DNA from: Planctomycetia bacterium
Lineage (GTDB): Bacteria > Planctomycetota > Planctomycetia > Pirellulales > PALSA-1355
DNA length: 63,795 bases
Reading direction: 5' to 3'
NCBI GenBank assembly: GCA_016200205.1
Contig: JACQFF010000060.1
Span: 1-63,795, forward strand
This document shows, in pieces, positions 34,817 to 45,274 of this stretch. Positions within the stretch are counted from its first letter, which is position 1. Each line of letters begins with the position of its first letter. The position numbers and the translations under genes were made by a program. The notes under the pieces are model-generated. The model was not told the origin of the DNA and ran no database searches. It was given only the letters and a program-made list of their open reading frames with translations.

Positions 34817-35884
34817 ATGAAAGGACGCTCCCCCTTGACAGTTGAAAAAGTAGTGATTATCGGCAGCGGTCCGGCAGCCTGGTCGGCCGCGATCTACGCG
34901 GCCCGGGCCGAAATGCAGCCTTTGGTGTTCGAAGGCGCGGTCACGGAGGAAAACCGGATCGCCGGGACCTTGCCGCTGGGCCAATTGAATTTGACCACTG
35001 AGGTGGAAAACTACGCCGGGTTCCCGGCCGGAAACCTTGAGAGCTATCTCGACAGCGCGATTCCGCGTGAAACGCGGCAAACAATGGCCCCGCACACGAA
35101 GCATGGCGTCAGCGGTCCGGAACTCATGGAACTGATGCGGCGGCAGGCCATGAATTTTGGCACGCGCGTCGTGACCGATGACATCGTGAAGGTCGATTTC
35201 CAGCGGCATCCGTTTCGCCTCACGGCGCTCGAGGGGGAAGTGACCGAAGCGCTCTCGGTGATCGTGGCCACCGGCGCGCGGGCCAACTACCTGGGGTTGC
35301 CCTCGGAAGAAGCTTACAAAAACCGCGGCGTCAGCGCCTGTGCGGTCTGCGATGGCGCGCTGCCCCGTTTTCGCAACCAGCCGCTGGTGGTGATCGGCGG
35401 CGGCGATTCGGCGGTGGAAGAGGCCACCTTTCTGACCAAGTTCGCCAGCCGCGTCTACCTGGTGCACCGTCGCGACCAGTTGCGTGCCTCGAAGATCATG
35501 GCCCAGCGCGCCGAAGCGAACAAGAAGATCGAATTCGTTTGGAATCATGGCCTCTCGGAAGTGCTCGGCACGGAAAAGGAGGGCGTCAAGAGCGTTTTGC
35601 TCAAGAGCACCAAGGACGACAGCTCCAAAAAGCTGGACGCGACCGGCGTTTTTTTGGCCATCGGTCACACGCCGAACACCGGCTTCCTGGAAGGGCAACT
35701 CAAGTTGACGGAAAAGAAGTATATCGTTTTTACGACGCCGTTTCGTACGTTCACCAGCGTGCCCGGCGTGTTCGCGGCCGGCGACGTGGCCGACGACTAT
35801 TACAAGCAGGCGATCACGTCGGCCGGCACCGGCTGCATGGCCGCGCTCGATGCCGAGCGGTGGTTGGCGGCGCGCGAGCATTGA
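34817..35884 (+). CDS. trxB: Thioredoxin-disulfide reductase
   Basis: FAD motif [20 protein letters not shown], redox centre CAVCDG, and NADPH motif [12 protein letters not shown]. Confidence 0.9.
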   Translation: MKGRSPLTVEKVVIIGSGPAAWSAAIYAARAEMQPLVFEGAVTEENRIAGTLPLGQLNLTTEVENYAGFPAGNLESYLDSAIPRETRQTMAPHTKHGVSGPELMELMRRQAMNFGTRVVTDDIVKVDFQRHPFRLTALEGEVTEALSVIVATGARANYLGLPSEEAYKNRGVSACAVCDGALPRFRNQPLVVIGGGDSAVEEATFLTKFASRVYLVHRRDQLRASKIMAQRAEANKKIEFVWNHGLSEVLGTEKEGVKSVLLKSTKDDSSKKLDATGVFLAIGHTPNTGFLEGQLKLTEKKYIVFTTPFRTFTSVPGVFAAGDVADDYYKQAITSAGTGCMAALDAERWLAAREH

Positions 35885-36101
35885 ACGGCGCGAGGGTTTT
35901 CTGTTTCGTGATCTCTCTATAATTCGTTTTGTTGCAGATTGATGGTGTCGTGGTTGGCAAGTCGAATATCGTAAACCATGTCGTGAAGCGACAACGTGCG
36001 ATGCGACGTGGTGCGAGCCTCTTGTGTCCGTCGCGCCCGGAAAACATGTTGACTGGTTCACCCGGCGTGCACGAATGTTCGAGACGGGATAGGCGTTTGC
36101 G

Positions 36102-37493
36102 ATGCAGAAAATGACCGTGGCTCAGGCTCGCCAGCCTCAGTCGGCCGGCGAACACGTGCGGCTGCAAGGCTGGATCCGCACGCGACGCGATTCCAAAGGC
36201 GGATTCAGCTTCTTGGAGCTGAGTGACGGCTCATCGGTCGGCAATATCCAGATCGTCGCCGAAGCCGCTCTCCCCAATTACGAAAGCGAAATCAAACATC
36301 TTTCGGCCGGTTGCAGCGTGACGGTCGAAGGGGAGCTCAAGGCCTCGCCCGCCAAAGGACAAGCCACCGAAGTCCACGCCAAAGCAATCGCGGTCCACGG
36401 CTGGGCCGATCCTGAAACATACGCGCTGCAGAAGAAGCGTCATTCGTTCGAGTTCCTGCGGACCCTGGCCCATTTGCGGCCGCGCACGAACACCTTTGGG
36501 GCCATCGCCCGCGTGCGCAACTGCATCTGCCGCTCGATCCACAACTTTTTCCAAGAAGAAGGCTTTTTGTACGTTCACGCGCCGATCATTACCGCCAGCG
36601 ATTGCGAAGGCGCGGGCGAGATGTTCAAGGTCACGACACTCGATTTAGCCAACGTACCCAAGACGAGTTCAACGGTCGACTTTACCCAAGACTTTTTCGA
36701 TCGGCCGGCGTTTCTCACCGTCAGCGGGCAATTGGAAGCGGAGATTTTCGCGTGTGCCCTGGGCAAGGTCTACACCTTCGGGCCCACCTTTCGCGCCGAA
36801 AACTCGAACACCTCGCGACATCTGGCCGAGTTCTGGATGGTCGAGCCGGAAATGGCGTTTTTCGAGCTCGCTGACAACATGGATCTGGCCGAGCGATTCT
36901 TGAAGCGGATCTTTCGCGACGTGCTCGCCCAGTGCCCCGACGACATGCAATTCTTCAATGCGCAAATCGAGCCGACCGTGCTCTCGACGCTCGAAGGGAT
37001 CATTGGCAGCGACTTCGTGCGGCTGAGCTATACCGAGGCGGTCGAGATTCTCGCGGGCTCGGGGGCCAAGTTCGAATTCCCGGTCGCGTGGGGCCACGAT
37101 CTGCAGGCTGAACACGAGCGATATTTGACCGAGCAGCATTTCAGTCGCCCCGTCATCTTGTGCGACTATCCGCGCTCGATCAAACCGTTTTACATGCGCG
37201 TGAACGACGACGGCCGCACGGTGCGCGCGATGGACATCCTGGTGCCGAGAGTCGGTGAAATCATCGGCGGCAGCCAGCGCGAGGAACGGCTGGACGTGAT
37301 GGCCGAGCGGATGCGCGAGCAAAAGCTCGCTCCGGAGGCCTATTGGTGGTACCTCGATTTGCGGCGTTACGGCACGGTGCCCCACTCCGGATTCGGTTTG
37401 GGATTGGAACGGGCCGTGCAATTCGTAACCGGCATGGCGAATATCCGCGACGTGATACCCTTCCCGCGCGTGCCGGGCAGCGCTGACTTTTAG
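36102..37493 (+). CDS. asnS: Asparagine--tRNA ligase
   Basis: Class IIb layout with [27 protein letters not shown] and [10 protein letters not shown]. Confidence 0.92.
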   Translation: MQKMTVAQARQPQSAGEHVRLQGWIRTRRDSKGGFSFLELSDGSSVGNIQIVAEAALPNYESEIKHLSAGCSVTVEGELKASPAKGQATEVHAKAIAVHGWADPETYALQKKRHSFEFLRTLAHLRPRTNTFGAIARVRNCICRSIHNFFQEEGFLYVHAPIITASDCEGAGEMFKVTTLDLANVPKTSSTVDFTQDFFDRPAFLTVSGQLEAEIFACALGKVYTFGPTFRAENSNTSRHLAEFWMVEPEMAFFELADNMDLAERFLKRIFRDVLAQCPDDMQFFNAQIEPTVLSTLEGIIGSDFVRLSYTEAVEILAGSGAKFEFPVAWGHDLQAEHERYLTEQHFSRPVILCDYPRSIKPFYMRVNDDGRTVRAMDILVPRVGEIIGGSQREERLDVMAERMREQKLAPEAYWWYLDLRRYGTVPHSGFGLGLERAVQFVTGMANIRDVIPFPRVPGSADF

Positions 37494-37519
37494 CGTTCTG
37501 CCGACGCCGATCGCCAGCT

Positions 37520-37615
37520 TTACGGATTTCGCCAGAAGAGCAGCCAGAAGGCGACGCCGTTGACCGCGAGTCCCGCGAACACCAGCCAATCGTAGGGCGT
37601 GACATGGATGGACAT
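37520..37615 (-). CDS. Possible 31-aa hydrophobic micro-protein
   Basis: My own translation gives MSIHVTPYDWLVFAGLAVNGVAFWLLFWRNP*. AGGA lies 8 nt upstream of the ATG. It is below the ORF-track length cut-off. Confidence 0.25.
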   Translation of the reverse strand: MSIHVTPYDWLVFAGLAVNGVAFWLLFWRNP

Positions 37616-37957
37616 GCGGCGATTCCTCTACACCACTTTAGGTCAGGGCGAGCGGTCGCGGCGCCACGCCGATTTTGGCACTCCGAAACCGCTCGAATTC
37701 GAATGCAGTTGCAACACGAGCGCCGGTTATCGGGGTGGCAATGCCCAACGGCAGCGGGCAATTCGCTTGATTTTCCGCGACTCGCCAAATAGGCTGAAGG
37801 GATATCAAGGGGCAGACCGCACCATTCCCTCACGCAAGGGATTCATATCAGACCGTGCGGGCTCGATCGCACCGGCAACACGAGACGGCACATGAAGGCG
37901 ATCTTTCGACACGCGAGTTCGAGCTCTGCTTGCTCGCGCGCATTTCGTGGATGTTTG

Positions 37958-38218
37958 ATGGCATGGCCTCGCTTTCTTGTTCATGCTGCATTGATTTCGT
38001 GTTTGGCAGTTGCCTCCTCGGTCGAAAGCGCCTCGGCCGGACCGCTGAGCACGTTGGCGACCTTCAATTTCAACACGAATTTCAACGGCAAAGGCGGGAC
38101 CGTGTTACAACAACACGGTGATTCACCGCTCGCTTCCGAACTTTGTCGTCCAGGGGGGCGGCTACCGAGCGGACCAGCTCTTTACTGGATCTGCGCCAAA
38201 CCACATCGCTACGTTTAG
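37958..38218 (+). pseudogene. Signal peptide + first cyclophilin beta-strand fragment, out of frame with the downstream cyclophilin ORF
   Basis: MAWPRFLVHAALISCLAVASSVESASAGPLSTLATFNFNTNFNGKGG is a signal peptide followed by a cyclophilin-like F.TN.G start. It then runs into nonsense in this frame. The cyclophilin core continues in another frame from about 38100. Confidence 0.45.
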
Positions 38219-38993
38219 TCCGGTGGTGAACGAATTTCACCTTTCCAGCTTGCGCGGCACGATTGCCATGGCCAAGTTGGGTGGCGATCCGAACAGCGCC
38301 ACGAGCGAGTGGTTTTATAATCTGGCCGATAATTCCGCCAATCTCGATCATCAAAACGGCGGATTCACCGTATTCGGCCAGGTCGTCGGCACGGGGATGA
38401 CGGACGTCATCGACCAGATTGAGGCCAGCCAGCCATCTCCGGCACAGTTACCGAATGGGTTTACCTTCGACGGGTTTCAAGGCTTTCCGCTGAAAGACTA
38501 TACCTTGGCCGACGCTCAGGCCAGTAAGCCCGTCACACTCGCCAACATTTTCGTGCTCAATGGCATTACGCTGAGCACTCATCCAGCATTTCAGAATCCC
38601 GTAAACGAGCTTGACGTCAATAACGATGGCGCGGTCCACGCGAACGACGTGGCGGCAATCATCAACGACTTGCTCAACAACAACAATAATTCCCATTCGG
38701 TCGGTGCCCAATTTGTCGGAACCAAGTATCAGTATGTGGACATCAACGGCGATGGAATCGTGAACGCGAAAGACGTTCTGGCGGTCATCAATTCTTTGTT
38801 GTCAACGCAATCGCAATCGCCGGCGCAGGCGACGCCTGCAATGACCCCGCTGGCGCTGCCGATGGCAATGCAAATGGCGATCGTGCCGGAGCCCTCAACG
38901 TGTGTCTTGACGGCAACCGGCGCTCTGGCGCTGGGCGGGTATGTTCTGTGTCTCCGGCGCCACCGGCTCGCGAAATGCCGCTTGACTCATTAG
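38118..38993 (+). CDS. Cyclophilin-type peptidyl-prolyl isomerase core + two dockerin-like repeats + PEP-CTERM anchor (ORF as it stands lacks a signal peptide)
   Basis: Cyclophilin motifs: (YNNT)VIHRSLPNFVVQGGGY, GTIAMAKLGGDPNSATSEWFYNL, GFTVFGQVV.G. Dockerin-like repeats: DVNNDGAVHANDVAAIIN and DINGDGIVNAKDVLAVIN. PEP-CTERM anchor: VPEPSTCVLTATGALALGGYVLCLRRHR. Confidence 0.7.
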   Translation: MIHRSLPNFVVQGGGYRADQLFTGSAPNHIATFSPVVNEFHLSSLRGTIAMAKLGGDPNSATSEWFYNLADNSANLDHQNGGFTVFGQVVGTGMTDVIDQIEASQPSPAQLPNGFTFDGFQGFPLKDYTLADAQASKPVTLANIFVLNGITLSTHPAFQNPVNELDVNNDGAVHANDVAAIINDLLNNNNNSHSVGAQFVGTKYQYVDINGDGIVNAKDVLAVINSLLSTQSQSPAQATPAMTPLALPMAMQMAIVPEPSTCVLTATGALALGGYVLCLRRHRLAKCRLTH

Positions 38994-39509
38994 AGCTATC
39001 CGAGAACCGTCCCGGAGAAGCGACTGTGTTAGTTGTCAAGCCGGTTGAGGGAGCCGGCAGGCGGACAGTCTCCAGTAGTCCCTTGCCGGCCCATTTGCAG
39101 CCGATCAGGGCGCGCGATTACAATCCGAGCATTCGTGGCGGCCAGACAAAGCTGGACGTAAGCGAGAAAGGAGCGATCCGTCGCGCATGTCGTCACCCTC
39201 CGATCGACAACCCGCACCCCCATCGCAGCGCGATCTGGCCAGCCTGATCTATCTACTGTCTCGATCCGCTCTCCGGAGATCAACTGTGGCACAACGCCCT
39301 GACGGGTCTGGGCGTAGGCCTGCCGTGTTTGGCTTCGGCCCGGGGCAATACCACATCGCAACTTTACGCGGTGCTCGCCGAATACGAGCAGCAGCAGCAA
39401 GAGCAACAAGCCCATACCCAAACCGGATAGATTGCCATCGTTGAACCCTTACCAACCCCCAGGGCCAATCAGCGGCCCCAATGAAAACCCCTCTGCCAAG
39501 GTGTACTCC

Positions 39510-40208
39510 ATGACGAAGACAACTCGGACGTTCATGCTGATCTGTTTTTTTGGCGCAACGATGATTTGCACTTTGCCGGCCGGGGCGGCCGACAATACTC
39601 CGCCCCCGGGCTTCATGGCGCTGTTCAACGGCAAGGACCTCGGCGGTTGGAAAGGTCTAGTCGCCGATCCGCCGAAGCGGGCCAAAATGTCGGCCGAAGA
39701 ATTGGCCAAGGAGCAGAAGAAAGCTGACGAAAGCATGCGAGCCCACTGGAAAGCCGAAAACGGCGCGCTGGTATTCGACGGCAAGGGGCAGAGTCTGTGC
39801 ACGGCGAAAGACTATGCCGATTTCGAGTTGTTGGTGGACTGGAAGATTCTCAAGGACGGCGACAGCGGCATTTATTTGCGCGGTAGCCCGCAGGTGCAAA
39901 TCTGGGATCCGGCGGTGCCGGCCGCCCAGGGCATTGGCTCCGGAGGGTTGTACAATAATCAAAAGAACCCTTCCAAACCCTCGGCCAATGCCGACAACCC
40001 GGTCGGGGAGTGGAATTCGTTTCGCATCCGAATGGTGGGCGACAAAGTAACCGTGTATCTCAACGACAGGCTGGTGGTCGACAACGTGACGTTGGAAAAT
40101 TACTGGGAGCGCGATAAGCTGATTTATCCGAGCGGCCAAATCGAGCTGCAAAATCACGGCAACACGTTGTACTTCAAGAACATCTACTTGAAGGAACTCG
40201 GCAAGTAG
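39510..40208 (+). CDS. DUF1080 (3-keto-disaccharide hydrolase-like) secreted protein
   Basis: Signal peptide MTKTTRTFMLICFFGATMICTLPAGAA. Motifs GW....W..ENGALV, DFELLVDWK...GDSGIYLRG, GQIELQNHGNTLYFKNIYLKEL. Confidence 0.85.
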   Translation: MTKTTRTFMLICFFGATMICTLPAGAADNTPPPGFMALFNGKDLGGWKGLVADPPKRAKMSAEELAKEQKKADESMRAHWKAENGALVFDGKGQSLCTAKDYADFELLVDWKILKDGDSGIYLRGSPQVQIWDPAVPAAQGIGSGGLYNNQKNPSKPSANADNPVGEWNSFRIRMVGDKVTVYLNDRLVVDNVTLENYWERDKLIYPSGQIELQNHGNTLYFKNIYLKELGK

Positions 40209-40309
40209 CCCGGGCGATCGATTGCCAGTGAGCTTGCCAAACCGCCTGTTGCGCTTGAAAATGACTAGCGTGGGCATGGGTGTTTTCGTCGAGGACTGAG
40301 GTTGGGTTC

Positions 40310-40807
40310 ATGCACGTTGAATTTCGTGCGGAATGTCGCTGCACGCCTTGGGAGTTGTGGCGTTTTCTGGATGAGACCGAAAAGCAGAAGTTGTGGATGA
40401 CGACCTTGCTGGAGATTACGACAACCAGCCAGCTTCCACGCGCGGTCGGCACCACGTTTGATATGCGAGTTCGCGAGGGCCGCCGGATCGCGCGCTATGA
40501 AGGCCGGATCAACGCCTACGACCCGCCGCGGCATCTCGGGGTCTCGTTTTGGGGCGGCGCGCTCTCGCGGGGCGTCGTGATGCAAGTCGACTATCGGTTG
40601 GCCGATCTTGGGTCGCGCACTCGGCTGGAATACTACGCCCTCATCGATACCGAGCCGCTGTCGGGGCCCATCAAGCTGGCGATTCCCATCGCGCGGGTGT
40701 TCATGTTCTTTCAGCTCCGCTACTTCATGCGCAATCTAAAGCGGCTGGCCGAAGCTTCAGCCCGCTCCGAAGCCACTCGCAGGACGCCAGCACGCGCGCC
40801 CGGGTGA
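40310..40807 (+). CDS. SRPBCC-superfamily (polyketide cyclase/AHSA1-like) protein
   Basis: The size and pattern (PWELWRFLDETEKQKLWM...YEGRINAYDPPRHLGVSFWGG) fit small SRPBCC ligand-binding proteins. This is pattern-level only. Confidence 0.65.
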   Translation: MHVEFRAECRCTPWELWRFLDETEKQKLWMTTLLEITTTSQLPRAVGTTFDMRVREGRRIARYEGRINAYDPPRHLGVSFWGGALSRGVVMQVDYRLADLGSRTRLEYYALIDTEPLSGPIKLAIPIARVFMFFQLRYFMRNLKRLAEASARSEATRRTPARAPG

Positions 40808-40996
40808 CGAACGATGGTCAGGGCAGTGGCCACCGAGGCCCGAAACAGGACATTCGACGCCCATTCAATCCTGAGCCGGCAGCGAAGTCCGTCGGCTTGT
40901 GGGGGAGTTACCACCAGTGGTACACTTTGCCTCAGGACGGATTCGGTGCGGGAAGGGCTTCGCCATGGGAGTTAAATGAACCGCGAGCCGTTTCAG

Positions 40997-41188
40997 TCAT
41001 ACTTCCCAGAACGACCCGCAGGCGCAGCAGCGATAAAAATCGTGTCGTCCAGGAGCGGTGGCCAATCGCGCGTGGAATTGCATGGCTAGCTTGTTGCACT
41101 TGGGGCAGGCATAGACCGGTCTGTCCGAGCTGAGTGAGCAGAACCAAGCCGTGGGTGGCTTGTCGTGGGGTTTCGAGGCTTCGTGCAT
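40997..41188 (-). CDS. Small zinc-ribbon protein (63 aa)
   Basis: Two Cys pairs, CPKC ... CCAC(G), spaced as a zinc ribbon. No obvious SD. It lies 19 nt downstream of the preceding small ORF. Confidence 0.4.
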   Translation of the reverse strand: MHEASKPHDKPPTAWFCSLSSDRPVYACPKCNKLAMQFHARLATAPGRHDFYRCCACGSFWEV

Positions 41189-41207
41189 CCGGCCATTGTA
41201 GCAGGGG

Positions 41208-41399
41208 TCAGCGGCTCAGTGGGCCATTGCCATCGGTCCAAAGCAAAATTGCAAGACTACGCAGTTGCGCCTTTATCCGGTCGCGCATGTGCTCGCCTTG
41301 GTCCTCCGAATCGCCGTTCGCTGCGTGCAACTCGCGGATGAGTCGAATTACCCGCTGCACGATCGCGTCACGCTGTCCTGGGGGGGAATGCGAACTCAC
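41208..41399 (-). CDS. Small hypothetical protein (63 aa, GTG start)
   Basis: ORF with GC-rich third positions immediately upstream of the zinc-ribbon ORF. I recognise no domain. Confidence 0.3.
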   Translation of the reverse strand: MSSHSPPGQRDAIVQRVIRLIRELHAANGDSEDQGEHMRDRIKAQLRSLAILLWTDGNGPLSR

Positions 41400-41678
41400 G
41401 GTTTGTCACTCTAGATTTGCGGAGAATCGTCACAAGTTGGGTTGAATCTAATGTCAAGACAATTAAACCCCGATTGGTCTCGGCGGTTTCGATCCTGGCT
41501 TCCCTTATGCCGACGCTCCGGCTGGCCGGGGGGTTGGTAGGGCCATTTGAACGAGCGCATGATCCCGTTGCCGCGCCTGGCCATTCGTTGACACTTGCCA
41601 AAAGCGCTGGCTAAAATCCGGGCTTTCGGCGGCAGCGAATTGACCAGTGAATGTCCACATCGGGAGGCGAGAGCGCGA

Positions 41679-43634
<1,956 letters not shown>

Positions 43635-43646
43635 TGCGGCGATGGG

Positions 43647-44003
43647 CTATTGAAGATCCAACGCAGCCTTCAAGCAAGCATCAATTTGCTGCATCATCGA
43701 CGGTTGCAGACGACCGAGTATTCGCGTGATTAGGGCATGCTCGACCGTCGCGAGATTCTCGCAACTGACGACCGACGGTAAATACAGGCCGCTTGCTTGG
43801 CCATCGGACGTGGATGGGTCAACCAAGAACTGTGTCGATTCGCTCGACCGGTGAACGGTGGTCGTGATCGCGGCCAGGATGGTGTTCCTCATCCGTTGAT
43901 TGTTGCGGTCATTTTGCACGACTAGTGCGGGACGACGTTTGGAGCCCGATCCTGAAGCGAACGGAAATCCAACCAATACCACGTCCCCACGTCGTACGTT
44001 CAT
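43647..44003 (-). CDS. PemK/MazF-family toxin (type II TA endoribonuclease-like)
   Basis: RRGDVVLVGFPFASGSGSKRRPALVVQND...ILAAITTT...GLYLPSVVSCENLATVEHALI..ILGRL follows the PemK pattern. Its ATG overlaps the upstream gene's TGA (ATGA, 44000-44003). Confidence 0.8.
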   Translation of the reverse strand: MNVRRGDVVLVGFPFASGSGSKRRPALVVQNDRNNQRMRNTILAAITTTVHRSSESTQFLVDPSTSDGQASGLYLPSVVSCENLATVEHALITRILGRLQPSMMQQIDACLKAALDLQ

Positions 44004-44263
44004 AGCGTCGTGGAAGGAGTATCAGGCTCGTTGTAAATATCCAAGGCTGGATCGTCCCAAATCGGACGAAGAGCCTGATCTTGGGCGGCATAAGTCTCGC
44101 GAATGTCGAACGCTTCGGCTTCGAGGAGAGACCTGACCTGGTTGAATTGTTCTTCGCTAATGAGATAGAAGGTCGCAAGGGTTGCGGGGTCGACTATCTG
44201 CACGGGTCGCCCGCCCTGCGTCTCGACGGCGTCACGCTGTTCGTCGGAGAGTTTTGGAGCCAT
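44000..44263 (-). CDS. Putative cognate antitoxin, family not recognised (87 aa; alternative start 44290)
   Basis: It has a 4-nt overlap with the toxin start and an acidic C-terminus. There is no AbrB/MazE, RHH or HTH pattern that I can recognise. TATAAT (minus strand, 44275-44270) sits 6 nt upstream of ATG 44263. Confidence 0.55.
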   Translation of the reverse strand: MAPKLSDEQRDAVETQGGRPVQIVDPATLATFYLISEEQFNQVRSLLEAEAFDIRETYAAQDQALRPIWDDPALDIYNEPDTPSTTL

Positions 44264-44323
44264 GGAAAAATTATACCACAAGAAGGGCACGTGGAACAGG
44301 CGAATCCCAGCGGGCTTTCTTTG

Positions 44324-45202
44324 TCACGCCTCGTCGTCGGCAAAGAAATCGGAATCAACACGTTTCAGAACGTAAGTCTCATGCGTCGAAACACCGACAT
44401 CGTGGTCGATCATCAGCTGGGCGAGTGCTTCGCCATCGATGAGCACAATCTTTCGTTCGATGTGCTTCACGAATTCCAACGCATCCCTTGAAAACGACGA
44501 AGTTGTAATCAGCACGCCCTTACGAGCTCGAAAGCCCTCCATGCTGCCGGCAAATGCTTGAACGACCGGGCGGCCGACATTCCCCTCCCAGCGTTTCGCC
44601 TGTACGCAGACGAAATCCAACCCAAGTTTATCTTCTTTGATGATGCCATCGATACCCCCGTCTTTCGCTTTGCCGATTGCCTGTCCGGCATCCGCGAGTG
44701 TACCGCCATAGCCGATTGCGACTAATAGTCGAACCACCAAACGCTCAAAGAATTGGGCCGAACAACTCCGCACTTTCTCCAAAAGGTCGGCGGCGAGCTT
44801 TTCGCGCAGCGAGTCGTAGGAGGCCTCCAGCTGTTCTTCCGGCGTTCGGCGGACTTCTTCGGCATGTTCTTCGACTTGTTGTTCCGATGTTGAGTTCTTG
44901 TGCCAGTCGTAACTCGGGAACTGTATCAAAAAACGAAGATTAACCTTCGCCGGGCGCTGCGACAATACCGCTAACCCCCCTGCAGTAATTCGCGTCATTC
45001 CGCGCGACGGGAGATCCAACAACCCTGCTTTGCGCATGTGCACCTTAGCCCATGCAACTCTGTTGACAAACACACTAGCGCTGCTTTTGAGCACCTCGTC
45101 CAATTCGGCGTCACTGATCCCGAACTTTTCGGTGAGACTTGCTTCGATTTCCCGATTGGAATGATCGTTGCCGTCGCGAATCACCTCCAATAACGGAAGC
45201 AT
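44324..45202 (-). CDS. mrr: Mrr-like type IV restriction endonuclease (Mrr_N winged helix + Mrr_cat)
   Basis: N-terminus MLPLLEVIRDGNDHSNREIEASLTEKFGISDAEL...NRVAWAKVHMRKAGLL. Catalytic core FERLVVRLLVAIGYGG...DGGIDGIIKEDKLGLDFVCVQAKRW. Confidence 0.8.
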   Translation of the reverse strand: MLPLLEVIRDGNDHSNREIEASLTEKFGISDAELDEVLKSSASVFVNRVAWAKVHMRKAGLLDLPSRGMTRITAGGLAVLSQRPAKVNLRFLIQFPSYDWHKNSTSEQQVEEHAEEVRRTPEEQLEASYDSLREKLAADLLEKVRSCSAQFFERLVVRLLVAIGYGGTLADAGQAIGKAKDGGIDGIIKEDKLGLDFVCVQAKRWEGNVGRPVVQAFAGSMEGFRARKGVLITTSSFSRDALEFVKHIERKIVLIDGEALAQLMIDHDVGVSTHETYVLKRVDSDFFADDEA

Positions 45203-45274
45203 CGGGCTTTGGAAATCTGGAATCGGCCTTCACACCCCAATCGCGCGAACTGGAATGGCAGCAACAAGTCACCC

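Noticed and set aside
37599-37895. 98-aa plus ORF and 190-aa minus ORF (37261..37833) in the asnS / cyclophilin gap
   Set aside because: Neither has a domain or an SD, and both are Arg-rich. The minus ORF overlaps the asnS 3' end antisense.
39029-39421. 130-aa minus ORF starting MGMGLLLLLLLLVF, and the plus-strand ORFs in the 38994-39509 gap
   Set aside because: The poly-Leu run is just the reverse complement of a CAG/CAA tract (39385-39410). There is no SD, no domain and poor coding look. A tempting C-terminal-looking frame (..QLYAVLAEYEQQQQEQQAHTQTG*) has no usable start codon after the TGA at 39245. I leave the 516-nt gap unannotated.
43635-45274. Calling the TA/Mrr islet a mobile element
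   Set aside because: No integrase, transposase, tRNA target, or flanking direct or inverted repeats are visible. Only the composition shift and gene content suggest foreign origin, so it is reported as a finding rather than annotated as a mobile_element.
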